This document shows positions 54,020-59,270 of a stretch of DNA of 59,270 nucleotides, in pieces (within the stretch, counting starts at the first letter, position 1; every line of letters starts with the position of its first letter). The notes under the pieces are model-generated. The model did no database searches. It worked only from the letters and a program-made list of their open reading frames with translations, and was not told the origin of the DNA. This DNA comes from Gemmatimonadales bacterium. Its GTDB lineage: Bacteria; Gemmatimonadota; Gemmatimonadetes; Gemmatimonadales; GWC2-71-9. The stretch covers positions 1 to 59,270 of the forward strand of contig DATMAW010000044.1 in NCBI GenBank assembly GCA_035559715.1, in the 5' to 3' direction. The translations under genes and the position numbers were made by a program.

Positions 54020-54910
54020 TCAGAGCGGCAACCGCGGCGTCTCGGGTGCGGTGGACCGGATTCCCAGGGGCGCCAGGACGGAGCGATACGTCTCTTCCAG
54101 CTCGGGCGGCACCTCCACGTCTCCGCCGAAGTACAGCTTCCGTAGCATTGCCGCGTTGGCCGCTCCCTGGCCGAGGTAGTGATTGTTGGTGATCACGTAG
54201 GTCTCCCGCGCTCGCTCCGCCACTTCACGAATCCGATCAAGCCAGGGCTTCAATTCGTCGGCGGAATAGAGGTAGTCGTACCGCTCGTGCGGCGCGGCAT
54301 CTTCGGCGAACCAGTGCTCATAGTTCCGCCCGTGCAGCCGCACGTAGCCCACATCGGCCGTCACCTGGGCCCCGGGCTTGATCGAATGGCGAAACACGGG
54401 TTGGTCAATGTTCACCACGCCCACGCGTCGCTCGGCGAGCCCGGCGTAGAATTCCGGCACGTTCCACGACGCATGACGTACCTCCACGGTCAGCGGGTAC
54501 GACGAAAACGCGTTGATGACGTCCTCGAGCCACTCGCGTGATTCCGGCGATCGCTTGAACGACCACGGGAACTGGATCAGCACGCAGCCCAGCGAGCCGG
54601 ACTCCGCCAGCGGGTCGAACCCCTGACGCACGGCGCCTACGTCGTCAGGCGTCCACGCGGTTTCGCGCTCGTGCGTGAAGCGCTGCCACAGCTTTGCGGT
54701 GAAACGGAAGTTCTTATTGTGCGCCACGCGGCGGGCCCAGCGTCGTGCCGACGTCGCCGTGGCTGGACGGTAGAACGTTGAGTTGATTTCGATGGTGTCG
54801 AAGTAGCGTGAGAGGTAGGCGAGAGGGTCGAAACCGCGAGGGCGTGTGATCGGGTACACCGGCCCCCACCAGTCTTTGTAGTCCCAGCCAGCGATGCCGA
54901 ATCGGACCAT
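54020..54910 (-). CDS. DUF72 (UPF0759) family protein
   Basis: MVRFGIAGWDYKDWWGPVYP, INSTFYR, VEVRHASW. Confidence 0.85.
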   Translation of the reverse strand: MVRFGIAGWDYKDWWGPVYPITRPRGFDPLAYLSRYFDTIEINSTFYRPATATSARRWARRVAHNKNFRFTAKLWQRFTHERETAWTPDDVGAVRQGFDPLAESGSLGCVLIQFPWSFKRSPESREWLEDVINAFSSYPLTVEVRHASWNVPEFYAGLAERRVGVVNIDQPVFRHSIKPGAQVTADVGYVRLHGRNYEHWFAEDAAPHERYDYLYSADELKPWLDRIREVAERARETYVITNNHYLGQGAANAAMLRKLYFGGDVEVPPELEETYRSVLAPLGIRSTAPETPRLPL

Positions 54911-55041
54911 CGAACACTAAAGATGGCGCGGCGTGCGCAGTCGCGCTCGCGATGGACGTGGAGGTGATGGGGACCGATAGTGGCAGGATTTTAACAGTAA
55001 GTCGTTGTGTAGCAATCTGTTACAGCCAGTCACGCCTCATC

Positions 55042-55073
55042 TTGTCCAGTACGGATTTTCGGGATATATTCGG
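55042..55073 (+). promoter_or_regulatory. Candidate imuB-dnaE2 promoter TTGTCC-N17-TATATT overlapped by TTCGGGATATATTCGG
   Basis: -35 at 55042-47, -10 at 55065-70, and the 16-mer at 55058-73. The 16-mer is 15/16 identical to 52346-52361. Confidence 0.4.
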
Positions 55074-55099
55074 GGTTCATTTTGCCCTCGGTTTTTCCC

Positions 55100-56377
55100 A
55101 TGACCAGGGTTCTTCAGAGCGATCTCGCCTGCTGTGTCTGGGTATCGCTTTTCGCCTTTCGCTGCGAAGCCGCAAGGCGGCCCGAGCTGGCAGGCCGACC
55201 CGTTGCGTTGCTCGCGCCTGAAGACACCAAGCGCATCTGGCAGATCTCCCCCGTCGCGAAACGATATGGCGTGAAACCGGGCATGACCGTGAGCCAGGCC
55301 ATCGGTCTTTGTCCTGCGCTCACGCTGTGCGAGCCGGATCCGGTCCACTACGACGAGCGGTTCGCCCACTTGCTGCTTGCGCTATCCAGTGTGAGTCCGG
55401 TCATTGAGCCCGCGGAGTTGGGGCGGGTGTACGTTGGGGTGGACGGATTAGAGGGGTTGTTTGGATTACCGGAGCGACAGGTCGAGGCTATTGCCTCGGC
55501 GGTTCGGCGGTTGGGCGGTTTGGTGGATGAGGCTGCCGGTGGCTCCCCGATCTGCCGATCTGCCGATCCGCCGATCCGCCTTGGGTGGAGCCGGGGGAAA
55601 TTCGTTGCCTGGGTTGCCGCGACTCGTGCCGAACCCGATGGCGCCGTCATCGTCCGCGATGAGGAGCGAGTGGCGTTCCTCGCCTCTCAGCCCATCGCCG
55701 TGCTGCCGTTGGATTCCGACACGCATCGCAGGCTCTGGCAACTTGGCCTGAAAACGCTGGGCGATCTGGTGGCGCTTCCCGAGTCGGCGGTGGTGTCGCA
55801 GTTCGGGAGCCCCGGTCGAACGCTGTGGCGGCTCGCGGCCGGTGCGCTCAATGAGCCGGTCATCGGTCGCGAGATGCCGGAGCCCATTGTGGTGGCGGTG
55901 GATTTTCCCACCCCCGTGGCGGACCGCGCCGTGCTGGCCCTCGCGCTGGAGCAGTTGATCGAGCGTGCGCTCGGGCATCCTCGCCGCTCGGGGTTCCGCG
56001 TGCACGTGGCGCGCGCGCGCGCCACGCTCGAGCAGGGCGCCTCCTGGATGACCGAGGTGACGCTCAAAGATCCCTCGGCGGATCGGGACCGCATTGCGGC
56101 GCCGCTCAAGGTGCGGCTCGAGCAGGATCCGCCCACGGGCGCCGTGGAACAGCTGACGCTGGAATTCACCGCCTTCGCCCCTGGCACCACCGAGCTTCAG
56201 CTGTTCGCCCAGGACGCTCAAGCCGCCGCCCGTGCTGGCCGCCGTCGTGCCCTCCAGGCTGCCGTCGAAGAAATCAAGACACGGCTCAAGCGCCCCCTGT
56301 TGCATCACATCATCGAGGTCCAGCCATGGTCTCGCATTCCCGAGCGCCGGTTCGCGTTGATCGATTACGAAGCCTGA
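55100..56377 (+). CDS. imuB: ImuB-like Y-family polymerase homologue (N-terminal ~80 percent)
   Basis: Track ORF 55082 (TTG)..56377; ATG 55100 preferred. Has VWVSLFAFRCEAARRPEL, ISPVAKRYGVKPGMTVSQA, and LEGLFG. Sits directly upstream of dnaE2. Confidence 0.8.
   Translation: MTRVLQSDLACCVWVSLFAFRCEAARRPELAGRPVALLAPEDTKRIWQISPVAKRYGVKPGMTVSQAIGLCPALTLCEPDPVHYDERFAHLLLALSSVSPVIEPAELGRVYVGVDGLEGLFGLPERQVEAIASAVRRLGGLVDEAAGGSPICRSADPPIRLGWSRGKFVAWVAATRAEPDGAVIVRDEERVAFLASQPIAVLPLDSDTHRRLWQLGLKTLGDLVALPESAVVSQFGSPGRTLWRLAAGALNEPVIGREMPEPIVVAVDFPTPVADRAVLALALEQLIERALGHPRRSGFRVHVARARATLEQGASWMTEVTLKDPSADRDRIAAPLKVRLEQDPPTGAVEQLTLEFTAFAPGTTELQLFAQDAQAAARAGRRRALQAAVEEIKTRLKRPLLHHIIEVQPWSRIPERRFALIDYEA
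55549..55580. repeat. Tandem octamer repeat GATCTGCC x2 + GATCCGCC x2 inside imuB
   Basis: Read directly: ga tctgcc ga tctgcc ga tccgcc ga tccgcc. Confidence 0.9.
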
Positions 56378-56706
56378 ATCTCCCCCGGCGGGTGGTCGTC
56401 GAGGTGGATGGGCGTGGGTTTCCCTGCCTAGTAAAAGGCGTGGGCGATGTAACGACAGGCGATGAGGGGCGATGGCAGGCGATGACAGGCGATGGGGTCA
56501 CGGGCGACGAAGGGCGACGCCGCATGACAGGGAGGGACGTTGGTTTCCGGCAGGTAGAGGCCATAGGCGAAGTGTGGCGGGTGGATGATGAGTGGTGGAG
56601 GAGACCGATCGCGCGTCGCTATGTAGAGGTTCTGGTAGAAGGGGGTGCCCACGTCACGCTGTACGAGGATCTCACCACCGGAGAGTGGTTCGTGCAACGG
56701 ATCTGA
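56326..56706 (+). CDS. ImuB C-terminal domain encoded as a separate, frame-shifted ORF
   Basis: Overlaps the imuB 3' end in another frame. LPRRVVVEVDGRGFP ... WRVDDEWWRRPIARRYVEVLVEGGAHVTLYEDLTTGEWFVQRI matches the usual ImuB tail (RP..L, WW...R.Y, G.W pattern, from memory). Possible own start at GTG 56392. Confidence 0.5.
   Translation: MVSHSRAPVRVDRLRSLNLPRRVVVEVDGRGFPCLVKGVGDVTTGDEGRWQAMTGDGVTGDEGRRRMTGRDVGFRQVEAIGEVWRVDDEWWRRPIARRYVEVLVEGGAHVTLYEDLTTGEWFVQRI
56443..56519. repeat. Seven GGCGA(T/C)G cores phased at 10 or 15 bp
   Basis: Cores at 56443, 56458, 56468, 56478, 56488, 56503 and 56513. The tract encodes GDVTTGDEGRWQAMTGDGVTGDEGRR. Confidence 0.8.
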
Positions 56707-56738
56707 CATCGTCCATCATCGCCTGTCATTGCCCGACG

Positions 56739-59270
56739 ATGTACATCGAACTGCATTGCCACTCGGCATTCTCTTTTTTGGACGGTGCCACGCTTCCCGA
56801 GCATCTCGTGCTCGAGGCGCTATCACTGGGCTACCCCGCGCTCGCCCTCACCGACCACAACGGCCTGTACGGCTCCATGGCCTTCGCGCAGGCGGCGACG
56901 CAGATGGGCCTTCAGGCCATCACCGGCTCGGAGATCACGCTGCTCGACGGTTCGCACGTCACGCTGCTGGCCGAGACGCCGCGCGGTTATGCCAACCTGT
57001 GCCGGCTCATCACCGAGGCGCATCTGGGTCGGGCGGATCGGCGCGATCCGCGGCTCGACTTCGCTTCACTCGAGCGCCGTCACGAAGGACTCATCGTTCT
57101 CTCCGGCTGCCGTGGCGGGCTCCTGCCTCGAATCCTCATCGCCGAAGGGCACACGGCCGCCCGGCGCTTCGCCGAGCGCTGTCGCGCCGTGTTCGGTCCC
57201 GAGCGCTTCTTCGTGGAAGTCCAGCGGAACTTCGTGCGCGGCGATCGCGATCTCACCCGCGCGCTGTGCGACATTGCCGATGCCGTGGGGCTTTCGGTGG
57301 TTGCCACGGGCGACGTGCACTACCACCGCCGCGAGCGGCACCGGCTGCACGACGTGCTGGTCGCCATTCGTCATCGCACCACGCTGGACGCGTCACACTC
57401 CGTGCGCCGGGCCAATAGCGAGTTCTTCCTCAGACCGCCGAACGACGTGGCTGCACTGTTCCCCGACCGGCCGGACGCCGTGGCCAACACCGTGGCGATT
57501 GCCGAGCGTTGTACGGCGTTCGACCTCACCAGGGATTTGGGCTACACCTTCCCGGATTTCCGCGGGGCCGATCGGCTCCCCGCTCCGCAGGCGCTGCACG
57601 AGTTCTGCCGCGTGAAGCTGGACGAGCTATACCCGCCGGGCTCCGAGCTGCGCGGGGAAGCCGAGGCACGGCTGGCCGAGGAGCTGCGGCTCATCGAGCA
57701 CCACAAACTGTGCGGGTTTTTCTTGGTCTATCACGATCTGTTCGAGTTGGCGCGCGAAGTGGGGCGGGATGTGCGGCACGGCAGCCGGCGCGCTCATGCG
57801 AACTTGCTGCCGGGACGCGGGCGGGGGTCGTCCGTGTCATCCATCGTGTGCTATTTCCTGGGCCTGTCGCACATCGATCCGGTGAAGAACCGGCTGTTCC
57901 TGGGCCGCTTCTTGAATGAGACACTCGCCTCGGTGCCGGACATTGACCTCGATTTTCCGCGCGAGATCCGTGAGGAGTTGATTCGGCGCGTCTATCAGCG
58001 TTATGGGGCCGAGCACGTGGGGCTCGTCTGCTCCTTCCCCACCTATCGCATGCGCTCGGCCGTGCGCGAGATCGGCAAGGCGCTGGACCTCCCGCCCGGC
58101 GAGATCGAGCAAGTGGCGCGGCTCGCCGATCACTCCTTCTCCCCCGCGGCATTGCGGGAGGAGTTGCGGCTGCTCCCCGGATTCGCCGAGCGCGTGGATG
58201 GCCCGCTGTGGCGCGACCTGTGCGACCTGGCCGTGGAGATCGCGGGGCTCCCCCGTCACATCTCCCAGCACGTGGGTGGGATGATCATCTCGAGCCGGCC
58301 GCTGGTGGAGCTGGTGCCGCTGGAGCGCTCAGCCATGCCGGATCGGGTGATCTGTCAGTGGGACAAGGACTCGTGCGACGACGCGCGGTTCATCAAGATC
58401 GACTTCCTGGCACTCGGCATGTTGTCGCTGGTGGAGGAATGTGTCGAGCTGGTTGCCGAGCGCGAAGGCATGCCGCCCGATCTGTCGCGCATCGATTTCA
58501 ACGACCAGGCCGTGTACGACCGCATCTGTGCCGGCGACACCGTGGGTCTGTTCCAGATCGAGAGCCGGGCGCAGATCCAGATGATCCGCCGCACCCGGCC
58601 GCGGAACCTGGAAGACCTCGCAGTCGAGGTCGCCATCGTGCGGCCGGGGCCCATCGTCGGTGGGGCGGTGAATCCCTACGTGCGCCGGCGCGAAGCTCAG
58701 CGCGCGGCCACGCAACGGGGTCAGGGGTACGACCCGCCGGTGGATCACCCGCTGCTCAAAGAGTGCCTGAGCGAGACGCTCGGCGTGATCCTGTATCAGG
58801 ATCAGGTGCTCCAGGTGTGTCAGGCACTCGCGGGCTTCACCGCTGGTCAGGCCGAAGCGCTGCGCCGGGCCATGAGCCGGCGGCGGAGCCGCGAGCTGAT
58901 GGAAGGGTTCTGGGAGGAGTTTCGCCGCGGCGCGCTCGAGCGTGGCGTCTCCGAAGCCACCGCGCAGCGGGTGTTCGAGCAGGTGACCGCATTCTCCGAG
59001 TTCGGATTCCCCAAGTCGCACGCCGCGGCGTTCGGGTTGCTCGCCTATCAGTCCGCGTGGCTCCGGCACTATCACCCGGTGGAGTACTACACCGCGTTAT
59101 TCAACAACCAGCCCATGGGCTTTTACTCGCTCGATGCGTTGGGCCGGGATGCGGCGCGGCATGGGATCGAGATTCGGTTGCCGGATGTGAATCGAAGTGA
59201 GGTGTGGTGTACGGTGGAGCGTGACCCGGACAGCGGCGGATCGGCGGATCGGCGGATCGCCGGACCGCCG
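56739..59270 (+). CDS. dnaE2: Error-prone DNA polymerase III alpha (DnaE2), 5' part; runs off the window end
   Basis: Hand-translated frame (codon starts at positions divisible by 3). It is not in the track because no stop lies in the window. MYIELHCHSAFSFLDGATLPEHLV (PHP), PRHISQHVGGMIISSRPLVELVPLE, FIKIDFLALGML, ARHGIEIRLPDVNRSEVWCTVE. Confidence 0.92.
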   Translation, partial: MYIELHCHSAFSFLDGATLPEHLVLEALSLGYPALALTDHNGLYGSMAFAQAATQMGLQAITGSEITLLDGSHVTLLAETPRGYANLCRLITEAHLGRADRRDPRLDFASLERRHEGLIVLSGCRGGLLPRILIAEGHTAARRFAERCRAVFGPERFFVEVQRNFVRGDRDLTRALCDIADAVGLSVVATGDVHYHRRERHRLHDVLVAIRHRTTLDASHSVRRANSEFFLRPPNDVAALFPDRPDAVANTVAIAERCTAFDLTRDLGYTFPDFRGADRLPAPQALHEFCRVKLDELYPPGSELRGEAEARLAEELRLIEHHKLCGFFLVYHDLFELAREVGRDVRHGSRRAHANLLPGRGRGSSVSSIVCYFLGLSHIDPVKNRLFLGRFLNETLASVPDIDLDFPREIREELIRRVYQRYGAEHVGLVCSFPTYRMRSAVREIGKALDLPPGEIEQVARLADHSFSPAALREELRLLPGFAERVDGPLWRDLCDLAVEIAGLPRHISQHVGGMIISSRPLVELVPLERSAMPDRVICQWDKDSCDDARFIKIDFLALGMLSLVEECVELVAEREGMPPDLSRIDFNDQAVYDRICAGDTVGLFQIESRAQIQMIRRTRPRNLEDLAVEVAIVRPGPIVGGAVNPYVRRREAQRAATQRGQGYDPPVDHPLLKECLSETLGVILYQDQVLQVCQALAGFTAGQAEALRRAMSRRRSRELMEGFWEEFRRGALERGVSEATAQRVFEQVTAFSEFGFPKSHAAAFGLLAYQSAWLRHYHPVEYYTALFNNQPMGFYSLDALGRDAARHGIEIRLPDVNRSEVWCTVERDPDSGGSADRRIAGPP
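59235..59258. repeat. Tandem octamer GGCGGATC x3 (reverse complement of GATCCGCC) inside dnaE2
   Basis: Read directly. A degenerate fourth unit, gccggacc, follows. The window ends 12 nt later, so the array may continue. Confidence 0.9.

Noticed and set aside
54993-55025. AACAG-N19-CTGTT inverted repeat and CTGTTACAG palindrome upstream of imuB, considered as a LexA box
   Set aside because: The orientation and spacing do not fit CTGT-N8-ACAG or any other LexA consensus I know. It lies upstream of the predicted -35, and I found no second copy in the window. The TTCGG-N6-TTCGG motif is the better operator candidate.
54952-55221. An 89-aa plus-strand ORF in the DUF72-imuB spacer
   Set aside because: It spans the AT-richer promoter region and the imuB 5' end in another frame, and it has no motif or RBS support.
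55547-56519. Short tandem repeats considered as a possible CRISPR array or mini-array
   Set aside because: Units are 8-15 bp with no spacers of CRISPR size, they lie inside coding frames, and no cas genes are present.
1-59270. Looked for mobile-element or island hallmarks (integrase, transposase, IS inverted repeats, tRNA/tmRNA att sites, phage structural genes, toxin-antitoxin pairs) and for tRNA/rRNA genes
   Set aside because: I recognised none in any frame. The methyltransferase-helicase pair is not visibly flanked by direct repeats or recombinase genes, and its composition looks like the rest of the window by eye.

Overview
This is a high-GC (by eye) bacterial chromosomal segment around the replication-initiation gene cluster: rpmH-rnpA-yidD-yidC-mnmE on the minus strand, diverging from dnaA-dnaN on the plus strand. 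All family calls come from motifs read in the supplied translations and recalled from memory; no database search was run.

Most of the window is housekeeping:
- A seven-gene chain holA, SPOR protein, mutS, TonB-C protein, cbs, queD, ddl, with overlapping stop/start codons.
- polA, pyrE, RNase P RNA (rnpB, found by eye; several track ORFs lie over it), and rpmH (absent from the ORF track because it is under 60 aa).
- A Slt-type lytic transglycosylase, a GWxTD protein, an S9 peptidase, a DAACS transporter, and a PiT transporter with its DUF47 partner.

The gene content suggests a Gemmatimonadota-like lineage, but that is inference only.

Accessory or unusual content:
1. A nuclease-less Eco57I/PglX/YeeA-style N6-adenine methyltransferase followed directly by an SNF2 helicase (44.4-49.8 kb). 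This is the best candidate here for a non-canonical defence or RM-like module.
2. An imuB-dnaE2 mutagenesis cassette. ImuB is split across two overlapping frames, and three separate short-tandem-repeat tracts sit inside coding sequence; the same 8-mer occurs in imuB and, reverse-complemented, in dnaE2.
3. A 16-nt TTCGG-N6-TTCGG motif over the predicted -10 of both imuB and an SplB-like radical SAM gene, with a third opposed copy.
4. An AT-rich CTACTAC/GTAGTAG inverted repeat at both the dnaA-dnaN and kinase-pyrE junctions.
5. A DtxR-family repressor, Tat multicopper oxidase and ZIP transporter operon with a palindromic operator candidate.
6. A trehalose cluster (OtsA-OtsB fusion plus GH15) preceded by a doubly deleted MscS remnant.

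I saw no CRISPR array, tRNA, rRNA, transposase or integrase. Many long track ORFs are alternative-frame or antisense artefacts typical of high-GC DNA.
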